Program-made: the position numbers and the translations under genes | Shown: positions 28,704 to 38,284 of the stretch, in pieces | How positions within the stretch are numbered: the stretch's first letter is position 1 | Layout: the number at the start of each line of letters is the position of its first letter | The notes under the pieces: generated by a model | The model's input: only the letters and a program-made list of their open reading frames with translations | Database searches by the model: none | Told to the model about the DNA's origin: nothing | DNA from: an uncultured Gammaproteobacteria bacterium | GTDB lineage: Bacteria; Patescibacteriota; Patescibacteriia; UBA1558; UBA10009 | Direction: 5' to 3' | NCBI GenBank assembly: GCA_964588165.1 | Contig: CAZPMS010000003.1 | Location: forward strand, 74,031 to 138,030 | DNA length: 64,000 nt

Positions 28704-29867
28704 TCATATTTTTCTAACAATACCTTTATTTGCATCAACCTCAACTAAATCTCCATCTTTCAAAACTTCAGTGGCTATTTTAGTTCCAACAATACAAGGG
28801 ATCTTTAATTCTCTGGAAATTACTGCGGCATGAGATAAGACACCACCGGTATTAGTTATAATGGCTCCACTCTTTCTAATGGCTGGCATATAATCAAGCG
28901 AAGTGCTAACTGTAACAATCACCTGGCCTTTTTTCATTTTTTTTATCTCATTATTAAAGGCTCTGCCCACATGATGAGGAATAATCTTAACTTTACCTTT
29001 AACATTGCCAGGAAAAGTAGTTTTGCCTCTAATTAAATTTAATTTGGGATTATTTTTAACTTTTGGCTTGGGTTTAGTAATTTTAATATTAAAATTACTT
29101 TTATTATAGACAAATTTATAATAATTTATTCTTTTATTTACTTTATTAATATCGGGTAATATATTTTTTAATAATAAATTACTTACCTCACTATATGTGC
29201 AATTTACAATTTGTAAATAATTTAATGAATTTCTTTTAGCAATTTCTCTATAAATCTTTCTGGCTTTTAAAAATGAATTTAACCATATTTTGTGCATTCG
29301 CAATCTTTCTTCTCCAATTTCTATAATTTTTAAAAATGTATTTTTGATGTCTGAATTTAAATTAAAATTTAATTTATCAAAATTTTTACTCAAAATATAT
29401 TCTATATTTTTATTTTTTGGTGCTGGGAAATCTTTTGCCAATTTTTTTAGCGCTAATTCATAATTCTCTGGTCGTATACATCTATATATTCCAAGTAAAC
29501 TAGAATAGTTATTATAAAATCTTGAATAATAATTAAATAATTCTTTATTATTTGTCTTCTTAAAATTTAATTTATCAATTTTTCGAATAAATTTAATATT
29601 CTGTTCTTTTATTTTTTTGATGTTCTTTGTAAAATCATTTAGAAGTTTTAAATTTGAATATATTTTTTCTCCCTTCTTGGCTACATACTTTTTTGTCTTA
29701 ATATCCATAAAAAAAGTAACTTTTTGATTTTCAGAAATAAAATAATGATTATTAAAACTATGGGCTAAAATTTCGCCTCTCTTTACAACATCACCAAACC
29801 AAACCATTTCAACCATGGTAAGAGGTAGATCTTCCATAGTCCATGTTTTTTCATATTTTTTTGACAT
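28704..29867 (-). CDS. PEP-utiliser mobile (phospho-His) domain protein without ATP-grasp domain
   Basis: GGVLSHAAVISRELKIPCIVG...KDGDLVEVDANKGIVRKI. Confidence 0.85.
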   Translation of the reverse strand: MSKKYEKTWTMEDLPLTMVEMVWFGDVVKRGEILAHSFNNHYFISENQKVTFFMDIKTKKYVAKKGEKIYSNLKLLNDFTKNIKKIKEQNIKFIRKIDKLNFKKTNNKELFNYYSRFYNNYSSLLGIYRCIRPENYELALKKLAKDFPAPKNKNIEYILSKNFDKLNFNLNSDIKNTFLKIIEIGEERLRMHKIWLNSFLKARKIYREIAKRNSLNYLQIVNCTYSEVSNLLLKNILPDINKVNKRINYYKFVYNKSNFNIKITKPKPKVKNNPKLNLIRGKTTFPGNVKGKVKIIPHHVGRAFNNEIKKMKKGQVIVTVSTSLDYMPAIRKSGAIITNTGGVLSHAAVISRELKIPCIVGTKIATEVLKDGDLVEVDANKGIVRKI

Positions 29868-29873
29868 ATAATT

Positions 29874-31643
29874 CTATCTTTTTAAAACTGCCATAAAGGC
29901 TTCTTGAGGAATGTCCACCTTAGCGCCTTTCATCATCTTCTTTTTACCTTTTTTCTGTTTTTCTAACAGTTTGCGCTTTCTGGTTACATCACCGCCGTAC
30001 AGATTAGCGGTAACATCTTTTCTTAAAGCAGAAAGGCGTTCAGCAGCAATAACTTTTCCACCAAGAGCTGCCTGAATTTTTAACGGAAACTGCTGTTTTG
30101 GTAAAACCTCTTTTAATGACTTAACGATCTTCTTGCCGGTGTTAAAAGCAGTATCACGATAGACAATTGTAGCCAAAGCTTCTACCGGCTCTTCGGCAAC
30201 TAAAATATCCATCCTAACCACATCTGCCAGCCTATATTCTAAAAATTCATAATTAAGTGAAGCATAGCCAGAAGAAACAGTTTTTAATATATCGTAAAAA
30301 TCCACAAGGATTGATGCTAAGGGGATTTCATAATGTAAAATTACTCTGTTTTGATCTAAGTATTCGGTATTTTTATATTCACCTCTTTTATCCTGAACCA
30401 GCTTCATAATTTCACCAATATAATCTTTGGGCGTTATAACATCTATGGTTACAAAAGGCTCTTTAATTTCTTCTATATAATTTTGGTCTGGAAGTTCTTG
30501 CGGGCTATGGATGGTAACTTCTTCCCCTGATGACTGCTTTACTTTATAAGCAACTGATGGGGTGGTTATTACCAAGTCTAAATCATATTCCCTACTTAGC
30601 CTTTCTTGGAAAATTTCTAAATGAAGCAGGCCTAAAAAGCCGCATCTAAAACCAAACCCCAAAGCCGGTGAATTTTCCGGTTCATAAAATAAGGATGAAT
30701 CACTAAGTTTAAGTTTTTCTATGGCTTCCCTTAATTTTTGATATTCATCCCCCTCCTTGCAAAAAATACCGGCATAAACCATGGGCTTTACTTCTTTATA
30801 GCCGGCCAATGACTCTGCCGGATCTTTAGCCAATGTTATTGTATCGCCTACTCGGACATTTTCCAGATCTTTAAGGCCGGTAACAATATAACCGATTTCT
30901 CCGGCCGATAAGCTTTTTGATTTATGGTAAGCCGGATTAAAAAAACCGACTTCAAGTACTTCTGACTTGGTTCCGGTAGCATTAAAAAATATTTTATCGC
31001 CCGGCTTAACCTCACCATTTACTAGCCTGACATAAGCCACCACTCCTTTATATTCATCAAAAGTTGAATCAAAAATTAAAGCCTGAACTTTATCTTCTAC
31101 TTTGCCCGATGGATTTGCAGTTTGACTGATGATAGCTTTAAGGACTTCTTCTACATTATTTCCGGTTTTAGCAGAAACTTCTATAATTTCCTCTTCCCTG
31201 CAGCCAAGTAAGCTGACAACTTCTTTTTTTACCTTTTTTGGGTGTGCTGCTGGTAAATCAATCTTATTAATAACCGGAATTATGGTTAAGTCCTGATCCA
31301 AGGCTAAATATAAATTAGCCACTGTTTGAGCCTCTACCCCTTGGGTGGCATCAACCAATAAAACGGCTGATTCAACTGCGGCAAGCGACCTAGAAACTTC
31401 ATAGGTAAAATCTACATGTCCCGGAGTATCAATTAAGTTAAGTTGGTAACCTTGATATTCCATTCTAACTGGCTGAAGTTTAATGGTAATGCCTCGTTCT
31501 CTTTCTAAATCCATAGTATCTAAAACCTGGTCCTTCATTTTTCTTTTATCAACTGTATTGGTAATTTCCAAAAAACGGTCAGCTAAAGTTGACTTGCCGT
31601 GATCAATATGGGCGATGATACAAAAATTACGTATGTTTTCCAT
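29874..31643 (-). CDS. lepA: Elongation factor 4
   Basis: AHIDHGKSTLADR, DTPGHVDF, GFRCGFLGLLH, YGGDVTRKRKLLEKQK. Confidence 0.98.
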   Translation of the reverse strand: MENIRNFCIIAHIDHGKSTLADRFLEITNTVDKRKMKDQVLDTMDLERERGITIKLQPVRMEYQGYQLNLIDTPGHVDFTYEVSRSLAAVESAVLLVDATQGVEAQTVANLYLALDQDLTIIPVINKIDLPAAHPKKVKKEVVSLLGCREEEIIEVSAKTGNNVEEVLKAIISQTANPSGKVEDKVQALIFDSTFDEYKGVVAYVRLVNGEVKPGDKIFFNATGTKSEVLEVGFFNPAYHKSKSLSAGEIGYIVTGLKDLENVRVGDTITLAKDPAESLAGYKEVKPMVYAGIFCKEGDEYQKLREAIEKLKLSDSSLFYEPENSPALGFGFRCGFLGLLHLEIFQERLSREYDLDLVITTPSVAYKVKQSSGEEVTIHSPQELPDQNYIEEIKEPFVTIDVITPKDYIGEIMKLVQDKRGEYKNTEYLDQNRVILHYEIPLASILVDFYDILKTVSSGYASLNYEFLEYRLADVVRMDILVAEEPVEALATIVYRDTAFNTGKKIVKSLKEVLPKQQFPLKIQAALGGKVIAAERLSALRKDVTANLYGGDVTRKRKLLEKQKKGKKKMMKGAKVDIPQEAFMAVLKR

Positions 31644-33243
31644 TTTTTTGAAATATTGGTTTTAAATATTTACCCGACCACTTCTTTACCATATCCACTT
31701 CTTCACATTTAGTAAGTAAGCTGATTCCCAAATAAAATAAGATGCCAATTGTTCCAGCAACTAATCCTTGCAGAAAAACACCCACAAAAGTCTGCATATC
31801 TACCATCGTTGCCATAGCCCTAAGCATTAAATAAACTACCCCGCCGGATAAAAGTGAATTAATACTTATTTTAAAAGTGGACCAAATTATTTTCTTATCA
31901 TCTAAATATCCCACCCTAAGGCGCAGTACCACCATAAGCAGTATCATATTTAAAATTGAAGCAATAGAAAAAGCTAAAGCCAACCCAACAACTCCATATT
32001 TTGAACCTAAAAAGATAGTGCCAATAATATTTATTACTATGGCTACAAAACTGATAATAACCGGCGTTTTAGTATCTTCTAAAGCATAAAATGACCTGGC
32101 CAACATAGGAATTAGGCTTTGGGCAAATAAAGAAATGGTAAACCAGCCTAAAGTTTGAGCTGTAAAATAAGTGTCAGACCAGTCAAAATTACCTGATCCT
32201 AATATTACTCTAACCAATTGAGCTCTCAGTAAAAGGATGAAAATTGAAACAGGAATTATTAAAAATATTACTCGCCTAAAATGAATAGAAAAAGCCGTAA
32301 CAAACATTCTTTGATCATGCCGTGCTAAAGCTTCAGAAAAAACCGGGAAAACCGCAATGGCTAATGAAACACCAAAAATAGATATGGGAAAACTTTGCAA
32401 GTTATTGGCCAAGTTAAAAATAGCAATAGAGCCAGCCATTAAAGTGGAAGCTACCATGGTTATAACTAACTGATTAATCTGGCCGGCTGCCAAACCAATT
32501 GTCCTGGGCAACATTAATTTTAAAACTTTTTTTACTTCTGCTGTAAACTTCCAATTAAACTTATATTTCCAGCCTGATTTTATAACTTCCGGCAGTTGGA
32601 TTAAAAAATGTAAAAAAGAACCAAAAACCACTCCCCAGGCTAAACCATTAATACCAAAATTTGGATAAAAAACAATAATACCCAAAATAATTCCTAAATT
32701 ATATAAAACTGGAGCTAAAGAAAAACTAAAAAACTTCCTTAAAGAATTTAAAATTCCACCAACCACATTGCTTAAGCCAAAAAAGATAATGGAGATTAGC
32801 ATTATCCTGGTTAAATCAATGGTCTGGTTAAGTTGGTCGCCACTAAATCCGGGCACGATTACACCCACAATCCCTGGGGCAATTAAAATAAAAACTGCGG
32901 CCAAAACAATTAGAGTAGTAACTAAATAATTTAAAATAGCATTAGAAAGCCTTAAGGCTTTAGTTTTATCTTCCAGCCAGATCCTGGTAAAAACCGGAAT
33001 AAAAGCCGAAGCCAAGGCGCCAAGAACCAAAGTGTTAAAAATTAAATCTGGCAGTTTAAAAGCGGCATAGTAACTATCTAATAAACTGCCTGCACCAAAA
33101 TGGCCGGCTAAAAGCCTATCTCTGTAAAAACCTAACAGTTTGCTGATAACTGAAAAAAAGGCAATCAAAACTGCCCCTCCGGCTGTGGTAGTAACCAATT
33201 TATTCCAAAATGACTTTAGCATAAGTATACAAATAATCCTCAA
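31627..33243 (-). CDS. murJ: Lipid II flippase MurJ
   Basis: KLLGFYRD, AAFKLPD, GALASAFIP, RSFYALEDTKTP; true start may be the ATG at 33222. Confidence 0.93.
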   Translation of the reverse strand: MRIICILMLKSFWNKLVTTTAGGAVLIAFFSVISKLLGFYRDRLLAGHFGAGSLLDSYYAAFKLPDLIFNTLVLGALASAFIPVFTRIWLEDKTKALRLSNAILNYLVTTLIVLAAVFILIAPGIVGVIVPGFSGDQLNQTIDLTRIMLISIIFFGLSNVVGGILNSLRKFFSFSLAPVLYNLGIILGIIVFYPNFGINGLAWGVVFGSFLHFLIQLPEVIKSGWKYKFNWKFTAEVKKVLKLMLPRTIGLAAGQINQLVITMVASTLMAGSIAIFNLANNLQSFPISIFGVSLAIAVFPVFSEALARHDQRMFVTAFSIHFRRVIFLIIPVSIFILLLRAQLVRVILGSGNFDWSDTYFTAQTLGWFTISLFAQSLIPMLARSFYALEDTKTPVIISFVAIVINIIGTIFLGSKYGVVGLALAFSIASILNMILLMVVLRLRVGYLDDKKIIWSTFKISINSLLSGGVVYLMLRAMATMVDMQTFVGVFLQGLVAGTIGILFYLGISLLTKCEEVDMVKKWSGKYLKPIFQKNGKHT

Positions 33244-33341
33244 ATATTAGTTTGAGGCATGGCAATAAAATTATACCAGAAATGATAGTTTTTGACTAGA
33301 ATAGAAAAACCCCGCACTTTATAAGTACGAGGTTTGAATTA

Positions 33342-34262
33342 CTACCAAGTAATCCTTAAGTTAGTAGCCGATAGATAAGGATGCACACTACCTTCACCAT
33401 CAGCGATTTCCCAACCGAATACTACACCTTTATGACGTCCTCTAAAATCCTGCGGCCTGATAATAGACTTCCCCGGCCTGCTATAGCCTTTATCATCAAG
33501 ATAAACGGCATTGAACTTTTCATCATTTATATCATGGTAAACTCCAACCCCCCTCAACTGCATAAGAATTGTTTTGTAAAATCCTTCCAAAAGTGTTGAA
33601 GCTTTCCAGCCTTCTGGTAAAAGTTTTAGTTTGTTTTCCCAATGCATGGATCTTGTTGTAGAACCTTGTGAACCGGGAACACCATCCAGCCTAACCAAAT
33701 ACCAGCCCCGTTCAAGGAACGGCCAATCGGGTATGCCGAATAGCGCCTGGAAAAAATATTTTGATGTCTCTTTTTTAAAAAGTGACTTCACAATATCTTT
33801 TTCTATAGGTGGATTTTCCCAATCCAATCTTCCGGGTGAATAAAATAAAAAAGTATAGTGTCCTAAAGTCACGGATGACTTGTTATCTCCTTCGAAGGGT
33901 GATTCTTGATGAAGAAGATCCAAGATATTATCCGGGAGATGGGAATATATTTCCGCCAACTCCTCCTCGCTAAACCATAACCCAAAATATTGCGACCAGT
34001 GAAAGGGTAAAAAACAATTACGCTGTAAAAAATTCATCAGCTCATCTTCAATTTCTGGGGCTTTTTCTCCGCACCTGATTATAGCTTTGGCGATCTGATC
34101 AGCTGGGTAGTCAGTATGACCAACACCATCGCGGTTGCGAATGCTTTTTAAATGAAATGTTTTAACTCCGCGTCTCGCTAATTGTTCCAGTGTGGCATTC
34201 AACTCACTATTAGGGGTTTTTACAACACTTTCTACACTTGAAACACTTTTAGGCTCACTCAT
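33342..34262 (-). CDS. Hypothetical protein
   Basis: SD AAGGAG before ATG 34262, TTGACA at about 34361, terminator at about 33305-33335; no recognised motif. Confidence 0.65.
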   Translation of the reverse strand: MSEPKSVSSVESVVKTPNSELNATLEQLARRGVKTFHLKSIRNRDGVGHTDYPADQIAKAIIRCGEKAPEIEDELMNFLQRNCFLPFHWSQYFGLWFSEEELAEIYSHLPDNILDLLHQESPFEGDNKSSVTLGHYTFLFYSPGRLDWENPPIEKDIVKSLFKKETSKYFFQALFGIPDWPFLERGWYLVRLDGVPGSQGSTTRSMHWENKLKLLPEGWKASTLLEGFYKTILMQLRGVGVYHDINDEKFNAVYLDDKGYSRPGKSIIRPQDFRGRHKGVVFGWEIADGEGSVHPYLSATNLRITW

Positions 34263-34360
34263 GATGAGTTCTCCTTTTTCCTTGGTTGTTGGCTCTCCCT
34301 TTTTGGGCTCGCCGATGAAATGAACTAAACGTACTTTATAAAAATTATTAACTTTTGTCA

Positions 34361-34742
34361 AAAACCAAAAAGCTGTGCCCTACTAGGCAATGTATAGGTT
34401 ATAAAATCTTGAGGAGAGAGATTTTCCTTGGAACAACACAGGGTTGCCAAAGAAAGATTTTATAGCCTAACATCTAGCAATGGGCACAGCTTTTTGGTTT
34501 TAAGCTTTAGCTTAAAGAGCAAATATTGGAGGGCGAACCGGCCTGGTGGGCCAAAGGCCCACATTATGGCCGGCAGTGGCAATAAATTCCTGGAAAACCC
34601 GAGCTTACGCCAAGGTGATATATCTAGGTTTTACTGCCTTAAGCTCTCCTTTTTATTGAAAAAAATCGCTAATCGATTAATTTATAAGGTTAGCTCTCTC
34701 TCCCTCCAATATCTGCTCTTTTTTGCCTATTTTTCAAAGAAT
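34361..34742 (-). ncRNA. Unidentified two-domain structured RNA or leader (about 380 nt)
   Basis: 20-bp perfect closing stem (34361-34380/34482-34501), second closing stem (about 34514-34533/34702-34721) with internal hairpins, promoter TTGACA-17-TATACT at 34776-34748. Confidence 0.55.
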
Positions 34743-34888
34743 ATATTAGTATAGCATATATTTAATATCTTGTCAAGCTTCTTTAAATTAAAAGAACTCT
34801 ACTATTTATTTTTAGTAAAGTCCCTTTGTGTTTGCTTAATTTTAAGCAAAATTTTAAGGGCACTCGTTACTTCTAATACAACTGCCTA

Positions 34889-35356
34889 CTACTGTTCACT
34901 ACAAAGCTCATTTAAGAGCGGTCTAATCTGCCATTCCAGCAATAGATTTAAGCCGTCTGGCAACCTCTCAATACTCCTTAGAGCAAGCCTGATATTTTCG
35001 ATAAGTTGTCTTCGAAACTTATCTTGTACTTCAGGAGAGCACTGGTTAAACAAATCAACCAGTTTACTCCATTTAACTACCAGTCTAGCCAGTTCCAGAG
35101 AGCCATCGGCCCTACCATCAGGACTTACTGATGAAGCATCTCGAATTGCATCGCCAAATTCGCCACTGAGCGGGTAGAAGCATAATTCTCTAAGCTGAAT
35201 TTCAGCCCGCCATGTTCTGTACCGTGCACGAATCCGACGATAGCGCTTTCCTGTTGATAAAGCCTTATCGAAAGATCTTCGAAAAGCCCAGACTGCATTC
35301 GTAAGCATAGCTCCTACCATAATGCCAAGTATGTCGCTAAGCAGTTCTGCATCCAT
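34889..35356 (-). CDS. Hypothetical protein with N-terminal TM
   Basis: 155-aa ORF with promoter TTGACA-17-TATATT at 35452-35424. Confidence 0.55.
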   Translation of the reverse strand: MDAELLSDILGIMVGAMLTNAVWAFRRSFDKALSTGKRYRRIRARYRTWRAEIQLRELCFYPLSGEFGDAIRDASSVSPDGRADGSLELARLVVKWSKLVDLFNQCSPEVQDKFRRQLIENIRLALRSIERLPDGLNLLLEWQIRPLLNELCSEQ

Positions 35357-35468
35357 CTTCTTGCCCTTTCGTGTTGTTTACCTCCAACGTCTTGTTGGAA
35401 GCTATGAATGATCTTAATATAACAATATAACATATATTTATTACTTTGTCAAGCTTACTTAACAATAT

Positions 35469-35534
35469 AAAAAAGCCTTACCTAAATGTACGAACGCGCC
35501 TCGGCGCGTTCCGACAAAATAGGAAAGGCTTTTT
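35469..35534. repeat. REP-like palindrome nested in a terminator
   Basis: gtac-gaacgcgc-ctcg-gcgcgttc-cgac inside aaaaagcctt..aaggcttttt. Confidence 0.6.
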
Positions 35535-38133
35535 ACTTGCTAATTAAAGCGCCATATGAATAATCTTTATCTAAAGCAGTTTCAAATTTTAAGAAAATAT
35601 CGCCCACTTCCATACCTTTATTGGTTGATGAATTATACCATTCCAAATCCATATTCTCCGGCAAATACAGCCGGCTTTCAAAACTGGAATTTATGACGCC
35701 TGATTGGTTTTGGACAAGCAAATTATAAGTATCTTGAGCTAAACTATCTCTAAAACCAATTGAGCCTAAAAATTTTTCAAACTCATTGGCATCTTCCACA
35801 AAATTCAATCTAAAAGGCAGTTCATAAGAAAAAGTTAAAGTCTTACTCTCCCCTACATCCAGCTGTAACCAATTGCCAAAAACTGTTTTACCAAATTCGT
35901 TATTAATACTGGTATTTGATTTTGCCTCAATTAAAGGCAAGCCGCTGATTCTTAATAAATCTCCATCCTGCTTAAAACCTGGGTAAACTTCTTTAAACAA
36001 TTCAGGATCTATAACATCATAACCCGTGGCTTCTATTAACTGGCTGCCTAAAGGAACATATACTCTAATGTATGAGTTGTTTCTGACTCTTTCAAAAACA
36101 TCTTCTGGATTGCCATTATGAGTTAATGTAATAGCCGCAGTGTTTACTAAAGAACCATCCTCTTGGATGTATGAAAAATGCTGGATGTTCTGATCAATCA
36201 CCAAATCGGTTTTGCCACCGGCAATATTTGTCCTAACCACCATTAAATAATCTTTTTCATAATCTTTAAGCTCGCCGGTCCAGCCAAACTTTTGAGCTTG
36301 GTTTTGTAAATTTTCTTTTGTGAAAAAAAGTTGAATATCTTTTTTACTGAAGCTTTCATTAAAAGTTAACAAAGTTGGCAAAAGCTGATCTGTTGGGATA
36401 TCCAATAGCCTATCAATTAAAACTGGCAATAGATCACCAATAATTTTTTTGGGTCGGTTTTCTTCCCTGTCGTATTCAAACTCTGCTTCGTGCTGTAAGG
36501 CTAAAATAACATTATCCGGTGTTAAAAGCTGGTTATAAGCCGGTAACTCTATATTACCTACCACTTCTAATATCTTAGGGAGTACCGTAGCATTAATTGC
36601 AATTACACCATCATAAGTCGGCCAGCCCGATTTTTCAAATGACCACAGTAACTTTTGTGCTGAGGTTGGAAAATCCGGCCACCAGTTATGATCCCAAGGC
36701 ATCCAAGGTGTTCCCAAAAGATGCATTGGCTGGGGTGAAATTATTTTTTCTAAAAAGTCATGTTTTAAATCATAAAGTCCACCACCTGGAACTTCCATGT
36801 TGGCAATCTTTCCATCATCAACATCAACTAAGGCAAAGCTACCCAAAAAACCGCCGGTACCTCTTAATTCGTTATTGTTTTGGAAAAGAAATAAATATCT
36901 TTTAGGAAAGTCGTAACCGAGTATGGCAAAGGTTGAATCAATAAGTTGGTTAACCACATTTAAACTTTCTAATAATTCCGGCAACCTGTTTTGAATTTGT
37001 TCAAAACTTTTCTGGTATTCACTAGGTAAGCTAGAGTGATCTATTTCTGAAAAAAGTTTTAAAGCGCTTTCTAAATCAATTATGGTAGAATGCAGGCTTT
37101 CTCTTACCTGCGGTAAAGAATCTGCTATGGCATTTTCTAGATCATCTGATTTATTTAAACTGGCAAAAGTTACAGAAAAATTGGTAGCGGCACTGGAAAT
37201 TAATTCGCCTGACTCTAAAAGCTTCTTACTATCAGCAACTTTTTTGCCGGCCACAGGCAGGCTTTCTAAAAATTCAACTAATGACTGGTTATACTGGAGT
37301 AAAACATCTTGTGCCTGTGAAAAATAGCTGCTTGCCTGGCTGAAGTTTATACTGGCTGAATTCCAATCGGAAAAAGAGATGGCTTCTACAGCCTGTTCAA
37401 ATTCATTAAAAGCTTCTTCGGTTGCACCCAGTACCTGACCCTTGGTTTTTACAACTCTATCATATAAATAAATCCCTCTAATTGGTAAAACAATCAGCAA
37501 CGCTATTAAAGCAAAATTAAGTGCAGTTTTTAAATTCTGCCACCGTAAATCAATAGGCGCTGATGGCGATTCAACTTTTCTTTTTTTGATCCTAGGTTTT
37601 GGCTTAAAAAAATCAACCACCACAGCTAAATTATCTTTGAAAAAATTCCTTTTTATTAAGCTAGGCTTAGGAATTTCTAATTTTGAACTTTCTATTCTAA
37701 ATTCTTTAAAAAGATGGTCGCTTTTATTTAATTTTGACTTTGCCTTCTTACCCTTGCTTAGATCTAAAGTATATAAAGAATTATTCAAGGATTGGAAATT
37801 AACACTTGATTTGTTTTTAGCCCTATTGCTGTAAGAGATATTAATTGAATTACGGTTTGTAACTTGTTTTTCGGATTGTTGGGGTTTAATAATTTGATCA
37901 GAATCTACTTGGCCATAAATAATTTCATCCAATTCATTAATAACTGGCTTTATTTTATCCTGATTTCTTTTTAATTCTTTATCCAGTTGTTGTGAATAAT
38001 AAATTTGTTCATCTATTAAAAGATTATCCACTTCTAAACTAAGGGCCTCGGACTCGTTTTTATTCAGATTCAAACTGACATCTTTTTTAGTTGTTTTTTT
38101 CGGCCTGCCTCTTTTTTTATTTTTTTGTATCAT
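35533..38133 (-). CDS. DUF4012-type large membrane-anchored protein
   Basis: YLFLFQNNNELRGTGGFLGS, NWWPDFPTSA, NIAGGKTD, YIRVYVPLGS. Confidence 0.85.
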   Translation of the reverse strand: MIQKNKKRGRPKKTTKKDVSLNLNKNESEALSLEVDNLLIDEQIYYSQQLDKELKRNQDKIKPVINELDEIIYGQVDSDQIIKPQQSEKQVTNRNSINISYSNRAKNKSSVNFQSLNNSLYTLDLSKGKKAKSKLNKSDHLFKEFRIESSKLEIPKPSLIKRNFFKDNLAVVVDFFKPKPRIKKRKVESPSAPIDLRWQNLKTALNFALIALLIVLPIRGIYLYDRVVKTKGQVLGATEEAFNEFEQAVEAISFSDWNSASINFSQASSYFSQAQDVLLQYNQSLVEFLESLPVAGKKVADSKKLLESGELISSAATNFSVTFASLNKSDDLENAIADSLPQVRESLHSTIIDLESALKLFSEIDHSSLPSEYQKSFEQIQNRLPELLESLNVVNQLIDSTFAILGYDFPKRYLFLFQNNNELRGTGGFLGSFALVDVDDGKIANMEVPGGGLYDLKHDFLEKIISPQPMHLLGTPWMPWDHNWWPDFPTSAQKLLWSFEKSGWPTYDGVIAINATVLPKILEVVGNIELPAYNQLLTPDNVILALQHEAEFEYDREENRPKKIIGDLLPVLIDRLLDIPTDQLLPTLLTFNESFSKKDIQLFFTKENLQNQAQKFGWTGELKDYEKDYLMVVRTNIAGGKTDLVIDQNIQHFSYIQEDGSLVNTAAITLTHNGNPEDVFERVRNNSYIRVYVPLGSQLIEATGYDVIDPELFKEVYPGFKQDGDLLRISGLPLIEAKSNTSINNEFGKTVFGNWLQLDVGESKTLTFSYELPFRLNFVEDANEFEKFLGSIGFRDSLAQDTYNLLVQNQSGVINSSFESRLYLPENMDLEWYNSSTNKGMEVGDIFLKFETALDKDYSYGALISK

Positions 38134-38159
38134 TAAAAAAATTTATCAACAGTTTTGTT

Positions 38160-38273
38160 AATTTATCCATTACCACTTTTTTGATTTATCAAGAAAGATA
38201 CTCTTAATTTATCCGCAATCTTAAAAGAATTTATAAAATCCAAATGTATTTTAAAAGTGGTAATGGATAAATT
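38160..38273. repeat. Perfect 21-bp inverted repeat (MITE- or operator-like)
   Basis: aatttatccattaccactttt (38160-38180) and aaaagtggtaatggataaatt (38253-38273). Confidence 0.8.
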
Positions 38274-38284
38274 ATAACACAAAT

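Noticed and set aside
34428-35177. + strand ORFs of 108 and 135 aa
   Set aside because: They overlap the structured region and an opposite-strand gene with clear promoters, and lack SD or protein-like features.
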